This document shows, piece after piece, positions 23,901 through 37,360 of a DNA stretch of 64,000 nt. The DNA is from Neoechinorhynchus agilis (lineage: Eukaryota; Animalia; Acanthocephala). The notes under the pieces were generated by a model, which saw only the letters and a program-made list of their open reading frames with translations, was not told where the DNA came from and did not search any database. How positions within the stretch are numbered: position 1 is the stretch's first letter; each line of letters begins with the position of its first letter. Location of the stretch: the NCBI GenBank assembly GCA_051530055.1, contig CM121343.1, positions 2,574,389 through 2,638,388 on the forward strand, given 5' to 3'. A program made the position numbers and the translations under genes.

Positions 23901-24480
23901 TAGTGTCTTATAAAATGTACAGCCAATTATCTCTTTGAATTCTTAATTTGAAAACGTCAGTACATTGCGGCATCTTCTCTCTCGTAGTGTAGATTTCTAG
24001 TGTCTTATAAAATGTACAGCCAATTATCTCTTTGAATTCTTAATTTGAAAACGTCAGTACATTGCGGCATCTTCTCTCTCGTAGTGTAGAATTCTAGTGT
24101 CTTATAAAATGTACAGCCAATTATCTCTTTGAATTCTTAATTTGAAAACGTCAGTACATTGCGGCATCTTCTCTCTCGTAGTGTAGAATTCTAGTGTCTT
24201 ATAAAATGTACAGCCAATTATCTTTTTGGGTTCTTGATTGCAAAAAGTCAGTACATTGCGGCATCTTCTCTCTCGTAGTGTAGAATTCTAGTGTCTTATA
24301 AAATGTACAGCCAATTATCTTTTTGGGTTCTTGATTGCAAAAAGTCAGTACATTGCGGCATCTTCTCTCTCGTAGTGTAGAATTCTAGTGTCTTATAAAA
24401 TGTACAGCCAATTATCTTTTTGGGTTCTTGATTGCAAAAAGTCAGTACGTTTGCACATCCTACCTCCGTGGAAGAGCCGA
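20965..24480. repeat. About 98-102 bp tandem satellite, roughly 35 units, three graded subtypes
   Basis: CATGGCCT recurs at 21159, 21259, 21359, 21459, 21559, 21659; the shared core CTCTCGTAG(G/T)GCAGATTTCTAAAGTGTC runs throughout. Confidence 0.97.
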
Positions 24481-25230
24481 TTTCTCAAAATTTCGTTAGC
24501 CCTTTTTCTTTGTTTTTATAATGTTCTTTTATTTACCGTTTTTCTTCTCTTCCAATTTTAAAGTATGCTACCTTCTTTTTGACCCTCATAAGTCCATTGT
24601 TTGATTTCAAGAATTTTTCGTATGATGGCGCATTCGCGTCGTTTATGCGGCAACCATTTTCCGTTTTGCGTTGTTCCACACGTTCAAAAAAATGTTAATT
24701 CCCATTTTAGGAAGACGCATACTTGTTAAAATACCTTTTTTTTAGTATTGCGCTGCATAAGATTCTTTATTTTTAGAATTGTATTACCTCCGTCATTTAT
24801 TCCATCACATAATCGGTGGAATGTTCTCGTCGCGTAGATATCAATTCTCTACGGATGTGATAAAGCATAATGTTGTCTCAAGGTCTTGTGGATTCGCAAT
24901 TTTTTGCTATTTAGCCCTTTGTCACTCCTCCTTGGTGTTGATGTGAATCATTACCGCACACTATGAAACAAAGCGGAGCACTTTATTTATTTACCAGCGT
25001 TGTTTTCCCCAGAACTATAAGAAAGTATCACAAACAAAGGCCTTTTGAACTCTAACAGTGCGTTCATATTCGACTGAGTCAAACCAGAAAAAATTTCCTC
25101 GAGTTGGTGTGCTTCTCTAAATATTTTGTTTTCATACTATTCTTTTACACGCCCGCACTTGCATAAATGTTTAGCTGTCCTACTGAGACAATCTCGCCTT
25201 TGTATAACGTCTCATCAGTCTTAGATTGAA

Positions 25231-26080
25231 ATGAATGAAACCGCCCGTAATGCACAGTCACCTGATGGATCGAAAGTATTGGTATTGGTCAAACCTGGAT
25301 CAGATGGTGTATCAAGGGGAGCATGCCCCATTTCTCAAAATGTCTGTATGCAATTAGTCCTTAAGTCTGAATATAACCCAATTTCATTCGATGTGATCAC
25401 ATTTACTCCTGTACTGAAAATGGGGTTTGTATACTAGTCGACTAATGCTAAATCCCATGTTCATAGCTTCCTCAATGTTCCCGCATAGCATCACTAAATT
25501 ACCAACTCTCATTCACACTGATAATATTATTTCAAACTCCGATGAAATCGTTGAGTATATGGATGAAACGTTCACAAGGGGACCACCACTCAATGTTTTC
25601 GACTCAAAAGCCCATGGAGCGCAGGCAAACATATTCTCTAAATTTTGCTTTGTGATGCGAGATCAAGCTGATCCTGCCGCCCTCGAATTCGAACTCGGCA
25701 AATTAGAAATTTATCTAAGGTCACATAATTTTAATTTTCTTGTTTCCAACCACATGAGTGCGATGGATACACAACTACTACCGAAATTACAGCATATTCG
25801 AGTCGCTGGATATATCGTTAAAAACTTTACAATTCCAACCGAGTACACTGCAGTTTGGGCGTATCTTTCAAGAGCCTATAGTAGTGCAGCATTTCGAGTA
25901 ACATGCCCAACAAACCAGGAAATTATTTGGCATTGGGTTAGGGAACCTTCTATCATACGTGACTTATTCCTACTCAAACCTTCGTATGCACTCGATGATT
26001 GTACAACCGATGGAAATGAGAAAAACGATGCGACAAGGTTAAAAGATGGCTACTCGAGCAATAGAGTTGAAGACATTTAA
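25231..26080 (+). CDS. CLIC: Chloride intracellular channel (GST-fold); exons 25231-25411 and 25467-26080
   Basis: VLVKPGSDG...GACPISQ, KLPTLIH...EIVEY, LEFELGKLE.YL, FLVSNHMSAMDTQLLPKLQHIRVAG, WAYL..AY...AFRVTCP.NQEII.HW. Confidence 0.93.
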
Positions 26081-26585
26081 ATGTGGAGAATCATCAGCAA
26101 TTACCTAAATAAAATAAAATTCTTTGTAAATCTAACCTTATAACATCAAGGCACCTTTCACTAATGGAACCTAATGTGACTTAGTTGTTTTTATTCTTAG
26201 CACGGCGTAAATAATATTTATTTTTGGGTAAAACAATAATTATAAACAAGTTGCACTGCATTCTGTGCTCTTAATCAGGTTTAATTGTTCGCGTCCAAAA
26301 CAACAATACACCGATTTCATTCTTATTTTGATCACGCGGATTCTCTGTTCGCTTATTTAGCCACTCATCAATCCAAGAAAAAGGTACGTTAAATAGTTTC
26401 ACGCGGTGGAATTTTTCCAAAATCTATTTTCTTCTATTCTAAAAATTTACACCTAATGATAATTGAATCGATATTTGTACAATTTTTGCCGCATTTTGCT
26501 TCGCGTTTGCGATAAACGTGCGCACTAGCTTGTTAGTTCTTTTATTGCTCGGATGATATGACTATCGAAAGGATTAGTTGACTAG

Positions 26586-29500
26586 TCATTTTCCAAAATA
26601 AGAATGAATGCCCCAAGCATATAAGTGCACGTGTTTTCCAAAAGCCTTGCTCTGCTGCATCCACTTCGGATAAGTCATCCACTCCGAATACGTCATCCAC
26701 TCCGGATCCACCATTGACTCCGGATCAGTCATCCACTCCTGATCCACCATTCACTCCGGATCCGTCATCCACTCCGGACCAGTCATCCGATCCGAATCCG
26801 TCATCCACTACGGATCCGCCATCCACTCGTGATCCACCATTCACTCCGGATCAGTCATCCAATCCTGATCCACCATTCACTCCGGATCAGTCATCCACAT
26901 CGGATCCATCATCCACTCCGGATCCCATCAACTCCGGATCAGTCATCCACGCCGGATATGTCATCCACTCCGGATTCGTCATCCAATCCGGATAAGTCAT
27001 CCGACCCGAATCCGTCATCATCTCCGGATCCACCATTGACTCCGGATCAGTCATCCACACCGGATCCGCCATCCACTACGGATCCGCCATCCACTCGTGA
27101 TCCACCATTCACTCCGGATCAGTCATCCACTCCTGATCCACCATTCACTCCGGATCAGTCATCCACATCGGATACATCATCCACTCCGGATCCGCCATCA
27201 ACTCCGGATCAGTCATCCACGCCGGATATGTCATCCACTCCGGATAAGTCATCCGACCCGAATCCGTCAACCACTCCTGATCCACCATTCACTCCGGATC
27301 AGTCATCCACACCGGATCCGTTATCCACACCATATCCGTCATCCACTCCGGATCAGTCATCCACTTCGGATCAGTCATCCACTCCGGATACGTCATATAC
27401 TCCGGATAAGTCATCCGACCCGAAGCCGTCATCCACTCCGGATCCACCATTGACTCCGGATCAGTCATCCACTCCTGATCCACCATTCACTCCGGATCCG
27501 TCATCAACTCCGGATCAGTCATCCACTCCGGATAAGTCATCCGACCCGAAACCGTCATCCACTACGGATCCGTCATCCACTCCGGATAAATCATCCGACC
27601 CGAATCCGTCATCCACTCCTGATTCACCATTCACTCCGGATCAGTCATCCAGACCGGATCCGCCATCCACTACGGATCCGCCATCCACTCCGGATCAGTC
27701 ATTTACACCGGATATGTCATCCACTCCTGATTCGTCATCCACTCCAGATAAGTCATCCACACCGGATCCGTTATCCACTCCGGATCCGCCATCCACTCCG
27801 GATCAGTCATCCACACCGGATATGTCATCCACTCCTGATCCACCATTCACTCCGGATCAGTCATCCACACCGGATCCGTCATATACGCCGGATCCGTCAT
27901 CCACTCCGGACCAGTCATCCACACCAGATCCGTTATCCACTCCGGATCGGCCATCCACTCCGGATAAGTCATCCACTACGGATCCGTAATCCACTCCGGA
28001 TAAGTCATTTACTACGGATCCGTAATCCACTCCGGATAAGTCATTTACTACGGATCCGTAATCCACTCCGGATAAGTCATCCGACCCGAATCCGTCATCC
28101 ACTCCTGATCCACCATTCACTCCGGATCAGTCATCCAGACCGGATCCGCCATCCACTACGGATCCGCCATCCACTCGTGATCCACCATTCACTCCGGATC
28201 AGTCATCCACTCCTGATCCACCATTCACTCCGGATCAGTCATCCACATCGGATACATCATCCACTCCGGATCCGCCATCAACTCCGGATCAGTCATCCAC
28301 GCCGGATATGTCATCCACTCCGGATTTGTCATCCACTCCGGATAAGTCATCCACACCGGATCCGTCATATAAGCCGGATCCGTCATCCACTCCGGACTAG
28401 TTTTCCACACCAGATCCGTTATTCACTCCGGATCCGCCATCCACTCCTGATCCACCATTCACTCCGGATCAGTCATCCACACCGGATCCGCCATCCACTA
28501 CGGATCCGCCATCCACTCCGGATCAGTCATTTACACCGGATATGTCATCCACTCCGGATTCGTCATCCACTCCAGATAAGTCATCCACACCGGATCCGTT
28601 ATCCACTCCGGATCCGCCATCCACTCCGGATCAGTCATCCACACCGGATATGTCATCCACTCCTGATCCACCATTCACTCCAGATCAGTCATCCACACCG
28701 GATCCGTCATATACGCCGGATCCGTCATCCACTCCGGACCAGTCATCCACACCGGATATGTCATCCACTCCTGATCCACCATTCACTCCGGATAAGTCAT
28801 CCACACCGGATCCGTCATATACGCCGGATCCGTCATCCACTCCGGACCAGTCATCCACACCAGATCCGTTATCCACTCCGGATCGGCCATCCACTCCGGA
28901 TAAGTCATCCACTACGGATCCGTAATCCACTCCGGATAAGTCATTTACTACGGATCCGTAATCCACTCCGGATAAGTCATTTACTACGGATCCGTAATCC
29001 ACTCCGGATAAGTCATCCGACCCGAATCCGTCATCCACTCCTGATCCACCATTCACTCCGGATCAGTCATCCAGACCGGATCCGCCATCCACTACGGATC
29101 CGCCATCCACTCGTGATCCACCATTCACTCCGGATCAGTCATCCACTCCTGATCCACCATTCACTCCGGATCAGTCATCCACATCGGATACATCATCCAC
29201 TCCGGATCCGCCATCAACTCCGGATCAGTCATCCACGCCGGATATGTCATCCACTCCGGATTTGTCATCCACTCCGGATAAGTCATCCACACCGGATGCG
29301 TTATCCGATCGTTATATAAGCCGGATCCGTCATCCACTCCGGACTAGTTTTCCACACCAGATCCGTTATTCACTCCGGATCCGCCATCCACTCCTGATCC
29401 ACCATTCACTCCGGATCAGTCATCCAGACCGGATCCGCCATCCACTCCGGATCCGCCATCCACTACGGATCCGCCATCCACTCCGGATCAGTCATTTACA

Positions 29501-32500
29501 CCGGATATGTCATCCACTCCGGATTCGTCATCCACTCCAGATAAGTCATCCACACCGGATCCGTTATCCACTCCGGATCCGTCATCCACTCCGGATAAAT
29601 CATTCGACCCGAATCCGTCATCAACTCCTGATTCACCATTCACTCCGGATCAGTCATCCAGACCGGATCCGCCATCCACTACGGATCCGCCATCCACTCC
29701 GGATCAGTCATCCACACCGATATGTCATCCACTCCTTGGATAGTCATCCACACCGGATCCGTCATATACGCCGGATCCGTCATCAACTCCGGACCAGTCA
29801 TCCACACCAGATCCGTTATCCACTCCGGATCGGCCATCCACTCCGGATAAGTCATCCACTGCGGATCCGTAATCCACTCCGGATAAGTCATTTACTACGG
29901 ATCCGTAATCCACTCCGGATAAGTCATCCGACCCGAATCCGTCATCCACTCCTGATCCACCATTCACTCCGGATCAGTCATCCAGACCGGATCCGCAATC
30001 CACTACGGATCAGTCATCCACATCGGATACATCATCCACTTCGGATCCGCCATCAACTCCGGATCAGTCATCCACTCCGGATAAGTCATCCACTCCGGAT
30101 AAGTCACCACCCGGATCCGTCATATAAGCCGGATCCGTCATCCACTCCGGACTAGTTTTCCACACCAGATCCGTTATTCACTCCGGATCCGCCATCCACT
30201 CCTGATCCACCATTCACTCCGGATCAGTCATCCACGCCGGATCCGCCATCCACTACGGATCCGCCATCCACTCCGGATAAGTCATCCACACCGGATCCGT
30301 CATATACGCCGGATCCGTCATCCACTCCGGACCAGTCATCCGAACCAGATCCGTTATCCACTCCGGATCCGCCATCCACTCCTGATCCACCATTCACTCC
30401 GGATCAGTCAACCACACCGGATTTGTCATCCACTCCGGATAAGTCATCCACTACGGATCCGCGATCCACTCCGGATCAGTCATTTACACCGGATGTGTCA
30501 TCCACACCGGATCCGTCATCCACTCCCGATCAGTCATCTACACCGAATCCGCCATCCACTACGGATATGCCAACCACTCCTGATCTACCATTCACTCCGG
30601 ATCAGTCATCCACACCGGATCCGCCATCCACTCCGGATCAGTCATTTACACCGGATATGTCATCCACTCCGGATTCGTCATCCACTCCAGATAAGTCATC
30701 CGACCCGAATCCGTCATCCACTCCGGATCCACCATTGACTCCGGATCAGTCATCCACTCCTGATCCACCATTCACTCCGGATCCGTCATCCACTCCGGAT
30801 CAGTCATCCACTCCGGATAAGTCATCACCCGAACCGTCATCCACACGGATCCGTCATCCACTCCGGATAAATCATCCGACCCGAATCCGTCATCCACTCC
30901 TGATTCACCATTCACTCCGGATCAGTCATCCAGACCGGATCCGCCATCCACTCCGGATCAGTCATTTACACCGGATATGTCATCCACTCCGGATTCGTCA
31001 TCCACTCCAGATAAGTCATCCACACCGGATCCGTTATCCACTCCGGATCCGCCATCCACTCCGGATCAGTCATCCACACCGGATATGTCATCCACTCCTG
31101 ATCCACCATTCACTCCAGATCAGTCATCCACACCGGATCCGCCATCCACTCCGGATCCGCCATCCACTCCGGATAAGTCATCCACACCGGATCCGTCATA
31201 TACGCCGGATCCGTCATCCACTCCGGACCAGTCATCCACACCAGATCCGTTATCCACTCCGGATCCGCCATCCACTCCTGATCCACCATTCACTCCGGAT
31301 CAGTCATCCACACCGGATCCGCCATCCACCCGGATCCGCCATCCACTCCGGATCCGTCATATACGCCGGATCCGTCATCCACTCCGGACCAGTCATCCGA
31401 ACCAGATCCGTTATCCACTCCGTATCCGCCATCCACTCCTGATCCACCATTCACTCCGGATCAGTCAACCACACCGGATTTGTCATCCACTCCGGATAAG
31501 TCATCCACTACGGATCCGTCATCCACTCCGGATCAGTCATTTACTCCGGATCTGTCATCCACACCGGATCCGTCATCCACTCCGGATAAGTCATCCGACC
31601 CGAATCCGTCATCATCTCCGGATCCACCATTGACTCCGGATCAGTCATCCACACCGGATCCGTTATCCACTCCGGATCCGTCATCCACTCCGATCCGTCA
31701 TCCACTCCGGATCAGTCATCCACTCCGGATCAGTCATCCACTCCGGATCGTATACTCCGGATAAGTCATCCGACCCGAATCCGTCATCCACTCCTGATCC
31801 ACCATTCACTCCGATCAGTCATCCACTCTGATCCACCATTCACTCCGGATCAGTCATCCACTCCTGATCCACCATTCACTCCGGATCAGTCATCCACATC
31901 GGATACATCATCCACTCCGGATCCGCCATCAACTCCGGATCAGTCATCCACGCCGGATATGTCATCCACTACTCCGGATCGTCATCCACTCCGGATGTCA
32001 TCACCCGATCATCCGGATCAGTCATCCACGCCGGATAGTCATCCACTCCGGATCCGTCATCCACTCCGGATAAGTCATCCACCCGGATCCGCCATCCACT
32101 CCTGATCCACCATTCACTCCGGATCAGTCATCCACGCCGGATTAGTAATCCACTACGGATCCGCCATCCACTCCGGATAAGTCATCCACACCGGATCCGT
32201 CATATACGCCGGATCCGTCATCCACTCCGGACCAGTCATCCGAACCAGATCCGTTACCCACTCCGGATCCGCCATCCACTCCTGATCCACCATTCACTCC
32301 GGATCAGTCAACCACACCGGATTTGTCATCCACTCCGGATAAGTCATCCACTACGGATCCGCGATCCACTCCGGATCAGTCATTTACACCGGATGTGTCA
32401 TCCACACCGGATCCGTCATCCACTCCCGATCTGTCATCTACACCGAATCCGCCATCCACTACGGATCCGCCAACCACTCCTGATCTACCATTCACTCCGG

Positions 32501-35500
32501 ATCAGTCATCCACACCGGATCCGTCATCCACTCCGGACCAGTCATCCACACCAGATCCGTTATCCACTCCGGATCCGCCATCCACTCCGGATCAGTCATC
32601 CACACCGGATATGTCATCCACTCCTGATCCACCATTCACTCCAGATCAGTCATCCACACCGGATCCGTCATATACGCCGGATGTGTCATCCACACCGGAT
32701 CCGTCATCCACTTCCGACCAGTCATCTATACCGAATCCCCCATCCACTACGGATCCGCCAACCACTCCTGATCCACCATTCACTCCGGATCAGTCATCCA
32801 CGCCGGATCCGCCATCCACTACGGATCCGCCATCATCTCCGGATAAGTCATCCACACCGGATCCGTCATATACGCCGGATCCGTCATCCACTCCGGACCA
32901 GTCATCCGAACCAGATCCGTTATCCACTCCGTATCCGCCATCCACTCCTGATCCACCATTCACTCCGGATCAGTCAACCACACCGGATTTGTCATCCACT
33001 CCGGATAAGTCATCCACTACGGATCAGTCATCCACTCCGGATACGTCATCCACTCCGGACCAGTCATCCGACCCGAATCCGTCATCCACTACGGATCCGT
33101 CATCCACTACGGATCCGTCATCCACTCCGGATCAGTCATCCACTCCGGATAAGTCATCCGACCTGAATCCGTCATCATCTCCGGATCCACCATTGACTCC
33201 GGATCAGTCATCCACACTAGATCCGTCAACCACACCGGATTTGTCATCCACTCCGGATAAGTCATCCACTACGGATCCGTAATCCACTCCGAATAAGTCA
33301 TCCGACCCGAATCCGTCATCCACTCCTGATCCACCATTCACTCCGGATAAATCATCCGACCCGAATCCGTCATCCACTCCTGATTCACCATTCACTCCGG
33401 ATCAGTCATCCAGACCGGATCCGCCATCCACTCCGGATCAGTCATCCACTCCGGTTACGTCATATACTCCGGATAAGCCATCCGGCCCGAATCCGTCATC
33501 CACTCCGGATCCACCATTGACTAAGGATCAGTCATCCACTCCTGATCCACCATTCACTCCGGATCCGTCATCCACTCCGGATCAGTCATCCACTCCGGAT
33601 ACGTCATCCACTCCGGATAAGTCATCCGACCCGAAACCGTCATCCACTACGGATCCGTCATCCACTCCGTATAAATCATCCGACCCGAATCCGTCATCCA
33701 CTCCTGATTCACCATTCACTCCGGATCAGTCATCCAGACCGGATCCGCCATCCACTCCGGATCCGCCATCCACTCCGGATCCGCCATCCACTCTTGATCC
33801 ACCATTCACTCCGGATCAGTAATCCACTCCTGATCTACCATTCACTCCGGATCAGTCATCCACATCGGATCCATCATCCACTCCGGATCCGCCATCAACT
33901 CCGGATCAGTCATCCACGCCGGATATGTCATCCACTCCGGATTCGTCATCCACTCCGGATAAGTCATTCACACCGGATCCTTCATATACGCCGGATCCGT
34001 CATCCACTCCGGACTAGTTTTCCATACCAGATCCGTTATCCACTCCGGATCAGTCATCCACTCCGGATACGTCATCCATTCCGGATCCGTCAAATGAGGA
34101 CCCAGAGGTACATGGGTCCTCTTTGTGAATCACAAATAAAACGATTTATTATAAGTCAGTAGTAACGTTTTTATAAATGCTTTACCTTTTGTATTTTGTG
34201 ACAAAGTGCTTCAATGGGTTTTTCCTAAAACTACATCAAGTTCTGCGCTTCCCGTTTCTCCTATTTACGTCTTTTGTTTAGGGAAGATTACATCAAGTTG
34301 TCGGATATGAAGACAAATAGCGATTAAGGAACGTATGTCGGAATCAGCTTAATAGAATAAAATAGTTTTAGGCAGCCATTGGATGAGTGAAAGGTAAGTG
34401 AGAGGAGCGCCGCATTAAGCAAGATGAGTCTTTTCGTTAGACATTTGTTTGCACTAATTCTAGAACAATGGAAGTTATAAACGAGTACGATATTCGCAAT
34501 AGAGGAAAAGCATTAACTACTAAAAGATTTAATGTTCAATTAATTCGACTTACTGATGGTGTAAGTCTGAAGCGTTTTATTTAAGAAGTTTATGTGCCAT
34601 CAGTAGTTTTTGTTAGGGAGCTTATAGAATGTTTTAAGCGCTGCAATGCACAATTGCAAGAGGCAAAATGGGTTCACGAATATTATTTTAAGGACGTTGG
34701 AAAAGAATAAAGTGATCGCCGCGCTTTATTATAAGGTTCAAACGTTTTGTTATGCTTTATTAATATAACTAACATTGCCTTCTAATAAAACATTTCGACC
34801 AACGGTGATCTCTATACTATTTTGGAAACATAGCCAGATCACAAGTCGGGTTACTATCAAAGGGAGCCATTTATTTCTGGAGTTCGATTGATGTAAAGGT
34901 ATTTACTCCTACAATTTAGTGTACGAGATTAAAATTGAAATATATTCAGTATTCAATTATGTGTTTGATGTGATTGTCAAGATCTCCAATATTTGGTAAA
35001 AGTTTATATGATACTTAAAATTATAGTTGCCGTTTAGGTGCTGTTAAAACGCAAATCTCTCACGTCAAAAATACATGAGCAGTTTAAGGAATTACAATTT
35101 GGAATTTTAGATTTTTCCACTTATGGATACAAATCCGCATGTTTGTAGGTTCCAGATTCGCTTGCTTTAATCTTCATCCTGATTTTAAAATAAAAGATTT
35201 ATATGTAAAATTGCGGTTCAAGACAACCGCACATTGTCGTTCAAGAACTTTCAGCCAAATACACGAGTTTCAAATGATATTAAGAAGGAAAATATAAAAC
35301 CTTACAAGGAGATAAACTGCATGTAAAAAAATAAAGCGGTGATAATTAAGTTGCGGTTTATGGTAACCATAGAAACTCGTCTCATAAAAGATGTGATTCG
35401 AACACATGAAGTAAAGTACTTCGCATCAATCATCTTCGTTGATCGACACAAATGGATTATAATCTCAGCTGCACGTCCAGGGTGAAATGCTGTGAGTGTT

Positions 35501-35778
35501 CCAATGATGATTGTATCATTCCTAAATTCGATTGTAACGACTTTTACCGAATTGGAACTTGTTGCAGTCCACTTCCAGTTCCATTTGTGGACGATTGCCT
35601 TAGGAATAACACACTTACGGATCCACGCGAGTGCACGAATAGCCCATATAGTCCACTCGGGCGCCGAAGTGACCAATCTGACTGCTGCTTGGATCCCACT
35701 CGGTATGTAACAAATTGCCAGCTGCACGCTAGGCAGCGCTACACTGGACCACATTGTCCGGACTATGATCCTTGCTGA
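26586..35778 (+). pseudogene. Mucin/extensin-like gene: giant Thr-Pro-Asp-x-Ser-Ser repeat exon, several small exons and a Cys-rich terminal exon; frame-broken in this sequence
   Basis: Array merges into unique coding-like sequence at both ends (KPCSAASTSDKSS; IPDPSNEDPE|gtacat); Cys-rich ORF 35452-35778; internal TAA codons and indels; linking the downstream exons to this gene is inference. Confidence 0.6.
26660..34090 (+). repeat. 7.4-kb 18-bp minisatellite (consensus ACTCCGGATCCGTCATCC) with a higher-order period of about 1 kb
   Basis: Units encode TPDQSS, TPDPPF, TPDKSS, DPNPSS; blocks ending in TTDP*STPDKSF triplets recur near 27990, 28925 and 29870. Confidence 0.98.
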
Positions 35779-35944
35779 TTATGGACACTTATTTATGATT
35801 ATTAGTAGTAAATTATATGATTTAATAAATATTTTTGATTGATAATTGCATCACTGTGCGTACAAACATTTTAAATGTTAACTCTTTTTTGTAGTCGCGT
35901 TTCAATGGTACCAAGTTAGGCTCACGGTTGCTAGGAATAAAGTG

Positions 35945-36860
35945 CAGTAGAACCCCGTTCATCCGGATTTATTGGGATCGGACACCATTCGGATACGATA
36001 TTTTTCAGATAACCGAAAACCCAAAGTGATGTATCCAGTTTTGAAAGCTAAACTAAAGATATCAAAGTTCTTAACATGCGAAGGGGGTGGTTAAGAAAAG
36101 CAAAATCGGGGTGAAATTCTATAATTTTAGTTGTATTGATGAAAATAATCACTTATTCGATCTCAGTGTACAATTGCAGGCCTTCGTTTCTTTTGCTGCG
36201 AGGTATCTGATTCTCTTGAAAACCAGTAGTTGAGTGGGACAACATTCTTATCCAGATAATGGACGTTTTGGATCATCAAAGTTCTACTGAATTTACTTTA
36301 AGAAACAATTTTCCCGAAACCTCTCAAATTAGGATATTTGTTCGGAAAATTAAATACATTAGAACACCGTTTATCCCGGACACCATTCGGATAACCGAAA
36401 ACCAACCGTGATGTGTTCTTTAGTTAAGAAAAGCAAAATCGGGGTGAAATTCTATAATTTTAGTTGTATTGATGAAAATAATCACTTATTCGATCTCAGT
36501 GTACAATTGCAGGCCTTTGTTTCTTTTGCTGCGAGGTATCTGATTCTCTTGAAAAACAGTAGTTGAGTGGGACAACATTCTTATCCAGATAATGGACGTT
36601 TTGGATCATCAAAGTTTTACTGAATTTACTTTAAGAAACCTCTCAAATTAGGATATTTGTTCGGAAAATTAAATACATTAGAACGTCGTTTATCCCGGAC
36701 ACCATTCGGATAACTGAAAACCCACCGTGATGTGTTCTTTAGTTAAGAAAAGCAAAATCGTGGTGAAATTCTATAATTTTAGTTGTATTGATGAAAATAA
36801 TCACTTATTTGATCTCAATGTACAATTGCAAGCCTTCGTTTAATTTTGCTACAAGATCTT
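35945..36860. repeat. Pogo/Tigger-like terminus (CAGTAGAACCCCG) followed by three tandem copies of about 320-330 bp
   Basis: TTAAGAAAAGCAAAATCG at 36091, 36424 and 36743; the TIR-like motif is assigned from general knowledge and no partner TIR was found. Confidence 0.7.
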
Positions 36861-37360
36861 TGATTGTCGAATTTCCAACGTTATAAAACTGTCCTAAAGA
36901 CGTTTTTGTGAAGTGAGTTGCCGTGCACGTGAGTGCGTATCTCCTTTTTGACCCCGAGCGAAACCATTTTTATGCATTTTTCGGTTAGAGAACTCACTTC
37001 TTTAGAGTTCGCGTAGTTCATAAAAACAAAATGCGGATAATTGACGTTCGAATGAGTTTATAAATTTTGGATATGTGGAATTGGATTTTAGTGCTCGTCG
37101 ACGGTGTCATTTCACGTCTTTGTGCACATGATATAAACCGTAAAGTTGTATGAGTGCTTTTATTCCGGGGCGGCGAATAGTTGCTGAGTTGGAGATGGTG
37201 ACTCAATTGAGCATGACAACGGCACATAGTGGTAATCTAACTGTTGGATGCTCTCCGCCTCCCTTTTTAGTATGCTCGTGTGACTAATAATTGCGTAATT
37301 GAACTCGCATAGACAGCAGAGATGAAGACATGCAAATCGGGCATTTTAGACAAAACCTAA

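Noticed and set aside
20965-24480. CRISPR-like regular repeats
   Set aside because: Whole units are homologous with no unique spacers, no cas genes, eukaryotic context.
26887-33395. Antisense WMTDPE and GSGVDD ORFs as separate genes
   Set aside because: By-products of the repeat; they have no unique flanking coding sequence, whereas the TPDxSS frame does.
27987-33822. Alternative genetic code reassigning TAA
   Set aside because: TAA terminates CLIC and other genes normally and no in-frame TAA occurs in conserved domains.
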